From Squalus acanthias (taxonomy: Eukaryota): a stretch of DNA of 64,000 nucleotides. Both the position numbers and the translations under genes were made by a program. The notes beneath the pieces were generated by a model. The model made no database searches. It saw nothing but the letters and a program-made list of their open reading frames with translations, and was not told the DNA's origin. The number at the start of each line of letters is the position of its first letter. The first letter of the stretch is position 1. Of the stretch, positions 11,395 to 24,574 are shown one piece after another. The stretch is taken from positions 110,300,001 to 110,364,000 of the forward strand of contig CM059431.1 of the NCBI GenBank assembly GCA_030390025.1. Direction: 5' to 3'.

Positions 11395-14300
11395 GTCTTT
11401 GCAAAACAGGTGACCTTATTCCTGAGTTGTGCGTCTTCAAAACCGTTTTTGCATTGACCCACAAATAAACAATTAATAAAATTGTAAGAGAACAGCATTC
11501 CAGGTAATCAACAAGAGCCACTATTAAAACACGGGCAGCTGAAGTTAGCTGCTTAGTCCCTGCTCACCACTAGTCTGACCTCTCTCAGGAAACAATGGGC
11601 TCATTACATTTCTTACTCCAGCTGCACTTGGGAGAATAATTAGAGGTATGTTAGAAGTTTACATTCATTCGGTGGGGGGAGTTTCTTAACCAGGTTCACA
11701 ATATTACTTGAAACCATTTTTAAACGAATTGATGTGGCATTTTGAAACTTATGCTAAATGGCCATGATTTATATGTAACTGTTGTAGAACGAAATGTGCT
11801 GCACATTAGCATCATGTTACTGCAATTTCGAGATCTGACTCAGACTGGTGATTAGTCGCATATAACCAGGCTTCAATTTGACCTATCTCACGACGAGGAC
11901 ATTTTGCTCCAAATTGCATCATCTTGTCAAGCTAAACTTGAAATTAAACTTAATCAAAATGAATTTGATTGGAGTGTCTTTGATGTGTAGGATGCAAGCA
12001 CGATGGAATGAAGTGCATGCAATGTAGACATGTCAATCCTGCGTCAGAGCCAGGGGTTCTCAGTGGAAGAGTACACAGAAAGTGAAGTGAACTGTGAGTT
12101 TACTCTGGATCGGTTTGATCCACATTTGCTTCACTGCCTCTGTGTAATTTGAACTAAGACAGCCCTCAAATTAATATTTTTTGTCTGGGAACATTTAGCT
12201 CCCAACAAATAAAGCTCAAAAGTAGAAGCCAAGTTTTAACAAAAAAACACACAACAAATTGGTGCCAAGTCATATATGGAGTGTCACCAGTTACTATAAG
12301 TCAAGTAGTCAGTGACAACGAGGTGAAAATCTTATGCATCAGTGTTGGCTAAATTGAAGTTAATTAAAAATAAAATCTTAACAGAATATTCAAAGTTTGG
12401 GTTTATATGCTCCATATAAATTTGCTAAACAGGAAGAAAATAGATGTTAAATGTACTTGGAGCTCTCGCTTGGAATGTCCTATCTGGAGACGTGGCTGCC
12501 ACGTTCTTGAAGCTGGTTGCCTTTAACACTGCACCTCAAGCTCCCAGTATCTTCTGCTGCCTGACTTACAGCACTGATGGCACCTTTACTTTCAATGGAG
12601 CAGCAACAGGCTTTGGGTACAGTTTCGGAAGTTGCGTTTAAAAAAAAAAATGTTTGCACGGTCAAATGAAATAGGGTGGGAGGAGGCTCGTGTGGAGCAT
12701 AAACACCGGCACAGACCAGTTGGGCCGACTGGCCTGTTTCTGCGCTGCAAATTCTATGGAGTAGATCCCACTTAAGCTGGAGAGAAAAATCTGTACAACG
12801 CAATACTCAACCTGATACTTGAAGGAACATTATATAATATGGATGTAGAATGGTTTTATTCATGTGCGGCGCATCTAAATCTTGCCTATAGCACACACTT
12901 TTCCCATCACACTTTGTTGATAAAGCCCCTATTATTATAAAACATATCCTTTGACTCACTGAGCCATGTCATGGACGATGCGCTAAATATAGATTTTACT
13001 TCATATTTGTATTCTTTTGGTAGCAGTATTTTTAAAAATATGCTTGTGGCTGTACTCTCAGTTTCTTTGGTGTAAGGGGCGGGAAGCGATGAAGCACAAC
13101 ATTTCAGCACCGAGCCTTATACAAGTATCACTACTGGTACCCAGCAGCTCAGACTCTGCAGCAGTTGACATTTCAGTAGGAGGTGGGGTGGAGGGGAGGA
13201 TGTGGTTGGTGATGTGTTTTAAGCGAGGTACTGAATGAAACACCTTCAACGTCAGAGACTCTCTCTAAGTGTTCACTATTAACAAAACAAAAAAGGTACT
13301 TTCTGTATTCTGCCAGTTAAACACGACGCACCTGTAGTGAATGCACTGCGGTCCAGCCCTATCCGATCGCATCGCGCTACACCTATTAATTTTTTTTTTC
13401 TGAAATGCCCTTTGTGGTTGCACATGAAGTGGAGCATAAGCAATTCAGTGAAACTCTTCAATTCTTCAGCATACTGCCCTAATCTGATTCCATCAGTACA
13501 GATTTGTGATTCCTTTTGTAATGAGTGGCAGTCTCAGGATTTCCACTGAAGTGTTTGCTCAGCGCTCCACTGTCCAGCTTAATAGCTGAAAAATCATCAC
13601 ATGAAAAACTGGGAGATCATTGCATACTATCAGTTTAAAAAAAAAGCAGCAAGGCCGGAATTCTCAACATTCATTCCATTGGAATTCACAAAAATGATCA
13701 ACACTAAAGGGGCTTCTGATTGGAGATTTACAGAATACCACAATCTGACCTCATTACAAGTGTACCTAAAATCAATTCCGCGTTTAAAACATGGTGCAGG
13801 AACCTTATTGGGAATAAAGATATAATTTGTTTATTTTGTTGGCAAAACGTATTAGCATTTTGGAGTTGCAAACTGTTTTCTCAATCAAAACATTTATGGC
13901 ACCACAATCTTTGTTTTGCATGTCCACAGGAGATTGGAAAGAATGGGCAGGGATTATTTTTTTGTTGTGAAGGGTTTCCTGAAATGACTGCTCCCTGGTC
14001 CATTGTCATGGAGGTTTAAAAAGAATCTAAACACAAACAAAAATGCTTCACCTCGGAATATTTAATAAATTAACTTCTGTTGCAGTCGTGCTTACTGATA
14101 CTGAGTTATCTACCATAACCACTAGTGGTAAGAACATCTGCTCTCTACCAAAGTCTCATGCAAATGGATTGGGGCAGGGGTGCATGGTGTGCATTTCTGT
14201 GGTCATTGAATCATGCATTTTGTATTCATGATGCTACAGGTGCTTCTTCTGGCCGACATAGTCATAAAGTCATCCGGACTTCAGCAAGAAATGTGGTCGT

Positions 14301-14680
14301 CCTCTCTTCCCTGCTTACATTTGTATCTACATTTGTTTGTGGTGTTATAACTTTGTGTTTCATGTAGGGGTCCAGTAGTGTAATGCTTATGATACTGTGC
14401 TGGCAACCCAGGGGTTGTGAGTTTAAAGCCCACCATAGCAAGTTGGGGGGGGGGGAATTGAACTCAATTTAACCTGGTAATTTGTGGGCCAGCGTAGAAA
14501 GGTAAAATGACTAACTGGTTCACTAATGGCCTTCCTCCAGGGAAGGAAATCTTCCAACCCCACCCCATCTCGTTTATTCATGGGTGTGAAGTAAACTTTT
14601 AAACTCCATTCTTTCAGTAAGCCAGACTGCAAAAGCAGTTAATATATTATGATGTATCTAAACCATTTCATCTTTAATAC

Positions 14681-15177
14681 TCGGCTGCCCGTGTCCTAAC
14701 TTGCACCAAGTCCCGTTCGCCCATCACCCCTGTGCTCGCTGACCTACATTGACTCCCGGTTAAGCAACGCCTCGATTTCAAAATTCTCATCCTTGTTTTC
14801 AAATCCCTCCATGGCCTCGCCCCTCCCTATCTCTGTAATCTCCTTCAGCCCCACAACCCCCTGAGATATCTGCGCTCCTCTAATTCTGCCCTCTTGAGCA
14901 TCCCTGATTATAATCGCTCAACCATTGGTGGCCGTGCCTTCTGTTGCCTAGGCCCTAAGCTCTGGAATTCCCTGCCTAAACCTCTCCGCCTCTCTACCAC
15001 TCTTTCCTCCTTTAAGACGCTCTTTAAAACCTACCTCTTCGACCAAGCTTTTGGTCACCTGCCCTAATTTCTCCTTATGTGGCTCAGTGCCAAATTTTTT
15101 GTCTTAAAATACTCCTGTGAAGCGCCTTGGGGTGTTTTACTACGTTAAAGGTGCTATATAAATACAAGTTGTTGTTG
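14681..15177 (+). mobile_element. L2-type LINE 3' fragment
   Basis: Reverse complement of the 10802-11394 copy at high identity; ends aaatacaagttgttgttg. Confidence 0.85.
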
Positions 15178-15430
15178 TGTTGAATTACTTTTGTTTTTAA
15201 ACCTCCTTTAATTAAAAATGAAACTGTTTTCTTCGCCCTATCAGTAGTGGCTGTACTTTCAGCGGCTAAGGCCCCGTGCTCTGGAATTCCCCGTCTAAAC
15301 TGTACCTCCCCATCTCTCTCGCTTCCTTAAAACCTATCTCTTTGATCAGACTTTTGGTCCCCGCTCCTAATTTTTGCCTCGGCAGCTCTATGAAGGACCT
15401 TGGGACGTTTTTCTATGTTGAAGACACAAT

Positions 15431-15990
15431 GGGCCGGAATTTGAGGTACGCCTCCGACCTGATTAAAAAAATCCGCACCTACCTTCAGGCTCCCAGGCTT
15501 CGTAGGCTTCGGGGTCCTGGGCCTGCAGGCGTACGCCTGCGTAAAGGCCCACGGATCCCAGGGACGCAGGCGGTTCGGAAGCGTCCCTGGGATCACGTGG
15601 GCCAGGTCCTCCAATCAGAAAGGAGGATTCCTAATATGCTTATGGGGATTCCATTTACGAACAGAATCCCCATAAGCGTATGAGGAATCCTCAAATAATT
15701 AAACAATTATGTAATTGGAATAAAAATAAAAGTTCCCATTTTCACATTTAATTGAAAGTCTCTTCAGAAAAGCATTTACAATAAAAAATTAATTTTTTGA
15801 AAAATAATTTTAAACATTTTATCCGGTCAAAAATTTACATAAACTAATTTTCAATGTTTGTGCATGATTTTTTATTTTCAAATTTTTAATTTAAGATTTA
15901 TATTTACGCTGGTGAAATCAGGCCCTATCCCTGTTTTTACCACACGTAAGGGTTTTGTGGGCATTTGCTGGGCAGTAGTTGGGCAAATAG
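15431..15990. mobile_element. Truncated Harbinger-type MITE (inverted relative of 18036-18720)
   Basis: Starts GGGCCGGAATTT; shares the reverse complement of ggcccacgtgatcccagggacgctt.cgaaccgcctgcg and the AT-rich core with the 18036 element. Confidence 0.65.
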
Positions 15991-16274
15991 CCCAACTCTT
16001 ATTAACGTGTCGCAAAATTATTGTCAAGAGTTTTTTTTTGAAGAATACACAAATAGATAAAATTTGTAATAAGCAGAAAACAGTGACATAAGATCCAGAA
16101 CTTGCCGCTTGTCCATTTATACTGGCAACTGTGGTTTAATACTCAATCTATAACAGGAACATAGGAATTGTTAGCCGAAAAAGGACTGTAGTCCTGGTAC
16201 TCACATGATATAATGATAATGGAGTTGTTGACTAATCATAGCAATCAATCTCTACCAAATAGTCTACAGCAGAT

Positions 16275-16655
16275 GATAGCATAGTGGCTATGTTACTGGA
16301 TTAGTAATCTTGTTAAGCCTTGACTAATGATTTAAGCACATGAGTTCAAATCCCACTGTAGCAGCTGTGGAATTTAATTTCAGTTAATTAAATAAATCTG
16401 GAATAAAAAGCTGGTAACTAGTGTTGGATTTTAACTACCGGATTGTTGTAAAAACTCCTGAGGGAAGGAAATCTGGCCTATATGTAATGCCAAATCCACA
16501 GCAATGTGGTTGATTGCCCTCTGAAATGGCCTAGCAAACAGCCTTGTATTCAAGAAGGTGGCTCACCATCACCTTCTCAAGGGCAATTATAGAGAAGGGC
16601 AATAAATGCTGGCCTTGCTGGTGACGTCCACATCCCATGAATGAGTTAAAAAAAA
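16275..16655 (+). mobile_element. tRNA-derived SINE (second family)
   Basis: Head gcatagtggctatgttactgga...gagttcaaatccc and a LINE-derived tail; homologous to 51981-52390. Confidence 0.7.
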
Positions 16656-17374
16656 GACCTGGACGTGTGGGGTAGGGCTCCGGTGTCCTGAATGATCTCT
16701 CTTGACTTTGTGCGATAGTGTAAAATGGGTGATCGCGAATCGGCAGCATGTTTTGCACCTCTTCAGATTTTTATTTCCATTGAAGTCCATTGATAACTGC
16801 AGAACATCCCAGACTTTCTTTCTTTACACAAAGGGTGATCATCCTAGGGAACAGACTTCCAGGTAAATTAGTGGAACCAATAACCCAAGATTTTTAATGA
16901 AACAATTGGATATAGCAATGAGAGGACTGTAGGATCTTTCTGGGTGGATGAACCAAGATCGGCTCAATGGTCTCCTTCATTTGGAACTATTTTGTAAGTA
17001 TTTACGGCATTGTTGGGATCAGTGAGAATCAACAAACCTTCTATTGTTTACATACTTTTACAACTATGTAAATGGTGTCATTTTTCTTGTGTAGCAGATG
17101 ACAGAGATAATAGTATTCTTAATCGCCACTTTGAAATGGAGGAATTTCTCATTCCATTTTCGGAATGATCCCTCATTATTCTGAATGGAGAATAAAATTT
17201 GAAAATCTATGCGGCAACAAACTTTTGGTGTGACTCAAGAATGCTGTCTTTAAAGTCAATCGAGTCGCATGCAGGTTATCTGTTAGCCTTGTTGTTAAGT
17301 TCCTCAAATGTGAAGCATAAGGCATCACGACTATATGGGGCAGGCCAGATGGACCAATTGTTTTTTTTCCTGAG

Positions 17375-17712
17375 ATGCTGTCAGAAGTGCTGTCTTTTCG
17401 GCTGAGAAGTTAAGCTGAAACCCTGACCACCTGTTCAGGTAGATGGAAAGGATATCACGGCAATATTCGAGGAACATGAAGTTATCCTTGTACCCTGGCC
17501 AGCATTTCCCCTTCGACCAACATCATCAAAAACAGATACATTGATTATTCATCTCATTTGCTGTTTGTGGAATCTTGCAGTGTGCAAATTGGCTACTGTG
17601 TTTGCCTACAGAACAACAATGACTTCACTTCAGAAGTAATTCATTGGCTGTGCAAAGCTATGGAATGTCCTGAGTACACGATAAGGCGCTATATAAATAC
17701 AAGTTCTTTCTT
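17375..17712 (+). mobile_element. Diverged Deu-domain SINE
   Basis: Aligns by eye to the Deu core and 3' end of the 38005 copy. Confidence 0.7.
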
Positions 17713-18035
17713 CGTAATATCGCACTTCACGATTTCAATCCGATTATATATTACTAGAGTGTTATATTGGGATATGATAATCTGCCTATCAGTCAAAGTG
17801 CTGTAAAACTGTAGTCACCTTGCATCCTTTTTATTTTGTATTTCCAAGACACAAAGGAAAGTCAACCAGTTAAGTAACCTTCTGCAGTGCAATTTTGTTG
17901 CTTAGTCTTAACTTTACTTTTGAAAGAAATTAAAAAGTTTAGAAATATTCAGGTGGTATAGCACATTCGTACTCCAGAATGGAAGGACGAGGGGACTCAC
18001 TCACATGATCCGAGTCACGCCATTTGGTAGATACT

Positions 18036-18720
18036 GGGCCGGATATTCCGGTCATGCGCTGAAAACCGGCATTTCCGATCTGTCAAGAATGCTCTTGACA
18101 GATCGGGCGCCTGCCCTGGAGAAGGGCCTCTGTGGGTGGATAGTTCCGCTTTCTGGAGAACCTCCACCCGCAGAAAACCCTTAGAAATCTTACGCCTGGT
18201 AAAAGCCTGCGTAAGGCCTGCTTTTACCAGGATGAGTTGAAAAAAAGTTTAAAATTTTTTTCCCACTCATTTATCATTTAAAAATACTTTTAAACAAAGG
18301 TAAGTTTATTTTTAGCCCCATAAAAAACTTTAATTATTTTTTTCAAAATTTTTAATTTTTGTTTAAAATATTTAATTTATTGTAATTTCAACTAATTTTA
18401 AAATGTGCTTTTTTTTAATGTTATTTAATGTTTTAAAGTGTTTTTGGGGTGATCACCATTCATATATTTGACAGGTCTATCTGTCAAGTGTATGGAGGGA
18501 GATTCCCTTCTTTGATTGGCTCCCCATGGCCCACGTGATCCCAGGGACGCTTGCGAACCGCCTGCGCCTCTGGGATGCGCGGGCCCTGCGCACCTGCGCA
18601 GTTTGGAGAGGCCCAGGAGTGGAAGTGTCCGGACCTCGGGAGCCCTCGGGTAAGTGCGTAGATTTTTTCCAGATCGGAGGCCTCCGCACGCGGGAAGCCT
18701 CCAATCGGAAAATACGGCCC
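18036..18720. mobile_element. Harbinger-type MITE (685 bp)
   Basis: TIR GGGCCGGATATTCCG / CGGAAAATACGGCCC with 3-bp TSD ACT on both sides; GC-rich ends and an AT-rich centre. Confidence 0.85.
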
Positions 18721-19335
18721 ACTAAGTAGAGGCCAGTGCCTTGTCCTTGAAGAGGAAAATCGGAAAGCCACTCCAAGCTGTTCTTCCGTGCCTCCTCAGT
18801 AGTTTAGAGTGGTATTGGTAAAGGTATGGTGGCCTCTGGCCCACTTTTATGAATTTGTGTGTGTGTTACATGGTGAGACCTGAAAAAGAAAGGGGAATAA
18901 ACACAAAATAACTGAGTATGTTTCTAAAAGAAATTGTAATCGTGTGTATCGATTTAGCTAGAAGCAAACTTAATTACCTTTCAGCATTAATCTTATAGAG
19001 GTTTTATTTTTATGAATATGAGAATGTATTTTTTTTGCAAGTTAACACACTATTCAACAATTGATAATTCCTTAGTTCTTGGTCAACCATTAGTGAGAGC
19101 AACTCTAATGATTTGCAGAGGAGTTCCTTGTGGAATGGGATCCAAGAAATTGGCAGTGTCCACTCCTTATTGGCATGTGTTTTTAGATCTGTTGGTTTTG
19201 TTTACAGACCCATGGGCAGTTTTTATACAATATAAAAGTGCATACAGATCAGTCCCTCTTACCTCAGGGTGAAGGCACTATCTGTTTCCTGGATCCCAAT
19301 CCATGGAATCTAAAATCATAAAGGCTGTTGCTACA

Positions 19336-19645
19336 CAGTGGCATAGTGGTTAGCACTGTTGCCTCACAGCGCCAGGGACCCGGATTCAAATCTGGCCTCG
19401 GGTGACTGTCTGTGTGGAGTTTGCACATTCTCCCCGTGTCTGCGTGGGTTTCCTCCGGGTGCTCCGGTTTCCTCCCACAGTCCAAAGATGTGCGGGTTAG
19501 GTTGATTTGGCTATGATAAATTGACCCTTAGTGTTAGGGGGATTAAATACGTGGGGTTACGGGGATAGGGTGGGATATGTGTCGGTGCAGGCTCGATGGG
19601 CTGAAATGGCCTCTATCAGCACTGTGGAGATTCTGTGATTCTGTG
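19336..19645 (+). mobile_element. V-SINE (HE1-like)
   Basis: tRNA head plus the V-domain tgtgtggagtttgcacattctccccgtgtctgcgtgggtttcctccgggtgctccggtttcctcccacagtccaaagatgtgc; tail (gattctgt)n. Confidence 0.85.
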
Positions 19646-19827
19646 AAGTATTCTGAGAATCTTGGAATCACAACATTTACAGCACAGAAGGAGGCCATTT
19701 GGCCCAGCGTGCCTGTCCGATACTAGCTGTTCAACAAGAGTTGTCTACTTGAATCCAAGTTCCCTACCCTTTCTCTGTATTGTTTTTATATTCTAATTTT
19801 TCAAATGCTTATCCAATTTCCTTTTAG

Positions 19828-19960
19828 AATGATGAGGGGTCATAGATCTAAAACATTAACCCTAACTTCCTTTCTCCACAGATGCTGCCTGACTTGTTGA
19901 ATGCTTTTAGCATTTTCTGTTTTTATTTCAGATTTCCAGCATATGCAATATTTGGTCTTT
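19828..19960 (+). mobile_element. Degraded single arm of the family B Penelope-like element
   Basis: Resembles 6249-6376 (tgatgaggggtcatagatctaaaacattaac...ctccacagatgctgcctg...atttcagatttccagcat); hammerhead core decayed. Confidence 0.6.
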
Positions 19961-20268
19961 AGTTTTCCCTTGTAAATGATGTTATAGTCTCTGTCTGAAT
20001 AGTCACTTGTGATAAAGCATTCTATGCCCTAACAATAATACTGCCAGGGGATTATCTTAGTTTACATCACTGAGTCCCCAGTGCATCAACTCCAGTCTCT
20101 CGGGAACGAACTTGATGGTTTTTGAAAAGTAACACTTTTATTTGCATAAATGCGATCTACAGGTACTTGCCTGTTGACCTGTTTTTAATAAAGTGGTGTA
20201 AAGGGAGACAGTATGCGTCTTTATAATGTCCAACCAGAGTATTGGTAACATTGCTATCAAGTAATTAA

Positions 20269-20469
<201 letters not shown>

Positions 20470-22710
20470 AAGAGGTGGATCCACCCTGAGGCTGAGGTTC
20501 ATTATGCAAACAAGACATTGTTGTCCAAACAAAACACCAGACTACCATTGTGTGTACGGTAACCTTGCTGCCGGGGCTTCTTTTTCTCTGTGTAGTTTTG
20601 ATGAAACACATAACCTTGACTTAAGGTTGTAAAACTGGAACCCTGTATATTTTGTATATATCCACTGGGAATTAAGAGCTGTGTTTAATAGGCAAACTTT
20701 ATGAAATTTATAATGGGGATTGATTTTTCTTGGTTATTTGCTTTATGTATAAACTAAGCTCACGTCCATTTCATAGACACACTTGCACTACAGTGTAGTT
20801 GGTTAGTACTGGTATTTACCTCTGCCAAGTTCACAGCGTTAAACCTTTTCTAATGTTTTGACCAAAGCACTGTATGGTCTTGGCAGTGTTTAGTAAATGT
20901 AGCTGAGGACATTGAAAAGATCTCACAAAGGGCACAGTGTGGACTAATGCAGATAATATTTTCTACTGAACACAGAAAGGGAATTCAGCCTAGTTAATAC
21001 TTGAGGTTATCAAATCACTTTAATGGAAGTTCTCATCTCATCAGCAGGATGTGGGGTGTTGAATTTAACTGTATAACTACAAAAGGTTGCCTGGGGTAAG
21101 ACAGCTAACCTGAGTTTATTAAGACAAGAGTGCAGAAGCAGCATACATTTGGGGTGTTTTTATACTGCATTCAGCGAACGGAAAGCAAATTGCTTTCGAG
21201 ATCTTGGAGAGCTGATTTACACGGGCCTTGCCAAACCTTGTTCTCCTATCCTCTTTCTGAAGTCAGCTTTCAAGCCCTGTGACATTCTGACGTGATGTTA
21301 CGAGGCTGCCCACAGGAGGAAAAAAGGAGTTTGGCCATGTTTGCTAAAGACCGTGTTTAGACTTGCCGTCAGAAGAAACTGCAGCTTGGGTTCGAAACCC
21401 CAAGTTACTGGGGATTTCACTTTCCAGTTCCAAGTGCGATTAGGAATGCAATTGCTTATCTGACTTGATGTTTACACTCCAGTTTTAGCATCACCGTGAG
21501 GCTAAAGTTGGTGTGTAAATGTGGCCAAAAATAACCTCTACGTGCATTGGAAATTCTCAATGCCTTGTGGAATTGGATTAAACCTCAAAAGGCTGACTCT
21601 TACGTTTATAGTTATTTTAGCACTCCATTCCAGTTTGAAACTACTGCTGCAATAAAGATATTTATATAAATATATATATATATACTGTACAGACAGTGGC
21701 ACTGATGCTGAGTAGAACGTCTCATTCTGCACTCAAAAATAGTGGAATTATTCTTCTATTGTTTTTTATTAAGGAATTTTTTTGTCCTTTTTTAAAAAAA
21801 AAACAATTTGACGTGACTATGTTTCTGATGCACCTCTTTATTATGGATCAAGCCTGATCAGGAAGCTGAGGATTCAGCTTAACCACACCCAAAGACACAG
21901 GATCAGCGTTGTATACGGAAAGCTTCAACGCAACAGTTATCTCTTGTTTGCATATGTGGACAGTTCTATCCAAAGAAAACCTCGATTCCTGTTGCATGGA
22001 GCTCCAGATCTTCCCCCCCGCCCCCCATCTGAACTCTTTCCCCCCCCCCATTTCCTGGGGTTGGGGGAAAACAGGAGAGAAGACGGCAGTTAGTTCTTTT
22101 TTTTTTACTGTTGATCTATATTGCCGTAACTCTTAATTTGTATTGTTGTCAAATTGGTTAAATGCTTTTTCTAGTTGAATGGGAATATTATGCATTTATG
22201 AGGTGTGGAAATTATTAATAAATGGGCTGTGTAGGCTTGGGCTGGCTGATTAAAGAAAGGCATTTGAAGCCAAAGGCTAAACTCCACTTGGGTCTAACTT
22301 TTGTGGGGAAAAAAATGCTGTTCAAGATAATTATCCTCTTGTTTTATTTATTTCTAATCATAAAATGGCTTTCTAAATGGATCGTTTACAAACCTGATAA
22401 ATTATAGTGTTCTTCATTGTGATGGCTTGGCAAAATAAAGGCAGTGAGAATATGTAAATAGCATTGAAAGATGTATATAATTTTATAAGATGCTGCAAAG
22501 TTTATACTTTGAACAAAGGGGCAAATGTGGTAGCGTCATTTTGCTTCGGCTTGACTTTCTTTTTTGTTACAATGTATTTCCCTTAAGTTGTGTCTGTATA
22601 TTACTTTCTACAACCGGCATTAAATAGAATGAGAAGGTTTGTATTTGTGAGGGGGAGAAATGTAAATAACAAAAAACTTCAGTAATAAACTGTTTAAAAA
22701 AACAAACAAT
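20470..22710 (+). promoter_or_regulatory. KLF5 3'UTR with candidate poly(A) signal AATAAA at 22684-22689
   Basis: Apparently repeat-free AT-rich stretch after the stop codon, ending at AATAAA just before transposon sequence resumes (~22745). Confidence 0.6.
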
Positions 22711-22744
22711 TGCCCTTCGGTGTCATCATTAATTCTTTGTAACG

Positions 22745-23088
22745 TTTCCTACATTACAACAGTAAGTACACTTCAAAAAGCACTTCATTGACTCAGAGAG
22801 GGTGGTGAGTCTTTGGAATTCTCTGCCCCAGAGGGCTGTGGATGCTCAGTCGTCGAGTATATTCAAGACAGAGATCGAAAGAGTTTTGGATGTTAAGGGA
22901 TATGGGGATAGTGCGGGAAGGTGGAGTTGAGGTAGAAGATCAGCCATGATCTTATTGAATGGCGGAGCAGGCTCGAGGGGCCGAACGGCCGACTCCTGCT
23001 CCTATTTCTTATGTTCTTATGTTGACTGTAAAGCGCTTTGGCATTTTCTGAGGTCGTGAAAGGCGCTATATAAATGCAAGTCTTTTTA
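22745..23088 (+). mobile_element. Deu-SINE 3' part interrupted by a CR1 3' fragment (~22793-23022)
   Basis: SINE text ...cacttcattgact | gactgtaaagcgctttg resumes after the CR1 tail (cttatgtt)n. Confidence 0.7.
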
Positions 23089-23368
23089 TAATCGCGGTGT
23101 TCAGGTTGCTGCAGGTAGTTTGCTACATATCCAGCTGCCAAACTAAGGACATCTGTTCGCTCCTTGTATGTTAATTTAAAAAACTAACATATATACAATG
23201 CTACACAATAGGTTTACTTTCCAACTTTCAATCTGATCTCTAAGATATCTGTACCATTAACTAGATCGGATAATAAGTATAACACCATGCCTTATATCCT
23301 GGAGTGAGCCTGATAATGAATAAGACACTGTCTCCATCTAAGATTTGCGTGTCTTCCTACTTAAAGCC

Positions 23369-23571
23369 GGAGAAGTCGCACAACACCAGGTTATAGTCCA
23401 ACAGTTTTATTTGAAATCACAAGCTTTCAGAGCGCTGCTACTTCTTCACCTGACGAAGGAGCAGCGCTCCGAAAGCTTGTGATTTCAAATAAAAGCTGTT
23501 GGACTATAACCTGGTGTTGTGCGACTTCTCACATTTGTCCACCCCAGTCCAACACCGGCATCTCCACATCA
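23369..23571 (+). mobile_element. Fold-back Penelope-like element, family A, with a hammerhead motif at 23446-23482
   Basis: 11-bp TSD TACTTAAAGCC (23358-23368, 23572-23582); inverted arms; TCAC-CTGACGA-A-GGAGC-agc-GCTCC-GAAAG-CTT-GTGA. Confidence 0.8.
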
Positions 23572-24084
23572 TACTTAAAGCCTAGCGACAGTGATATTGT
23601 CTACCTGTGTTCATGACCTTAACTGCAATGTTAAGTTGGCTTAATGACTGTTTCCTTCAAACAAAATGAATTGGTCTCAATGCTAATGTAATTTTTAGTC
23701 CCATGCCATCTGTTTCGCAGTGAGGAGAGAAGTCGTTCTATAATTGAATTGAAATTTTCAAGACTGAGATCGAAACATTTTTGTTAGGTAAAGGTATAAA
23801 TGGGCTATGGATCAAAGGCGGGTTAATGGATTTGAGGTACAGATCAGCCATGACCTTATTGAATGGCGGAACGGGCTCGTGGGGCTGAATGGCTTACAGC
23901 TGTTCCGATGATAAAAATGCATTCAAAAGCGTTTTATTAGAAGTGCATTCAAAAGTGGTGGTGGAGTGACACTATGAAGTGGACGCAAGTTTTCTTTCTG
24001 TGCTTTCCGCATGAATTTGCCGATCCTAGCTGTGGGGCCATACAACATTGTCTGACCTCCTATGCTGCAGAATTCAGAAAGAGA

Positions 24085-24330
24085 ATAGTCAAGTCTAGAG
24101 GTAATAAAGGCTTTCAGCAGCGGATGAGCTGAGGCAGGGGCGGAGACGGGCGATGTTACGGAGGTGGAAATAGGCGGTCTTAGTTATGCCACGGATATGT
24201 GGTCGGAAGCTCAATTCTGGGTCAAATATGACACCAAGGTTGCGAACAGTGTGGTTCAGCCTCAGACAAATGTTAGGGAGAGGGATGGAGTCAGTGGCTA
24301 GGGAACAGAGTTTGTGGCGGGGACTGAAAA
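24085..24330 (-). mobile_element. L2-type LINE internal fragment
   Basis: Resembles 11370-11394 and 34630-34860 (aatagtcaagtctagaggtaa..aaagg...ttcagcagcggatgagctgaggcagggg). Confidence 0.65.
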
Positions 24331-24574
24331 ATGGCTTAAAAAATCCAAAAGGAAAGGTAACGTGCTATTTTGGCAAATTCACACGGTGAAACAAGGACTA
24401 CTTGAAGCAGAACATGTGATCAACAAAATCACACTGCAATGTTTTTGATATAATGAAACCTATCTTGTATACTCATTGATGGTAGTGATTGCGATCAAGA
24501 TGACCCAACTTTCATATGACAACCGTTGAGCAGTAAATCGAGAGAACTTAAACTTCTGAGAGCAGGTTTCGCAC

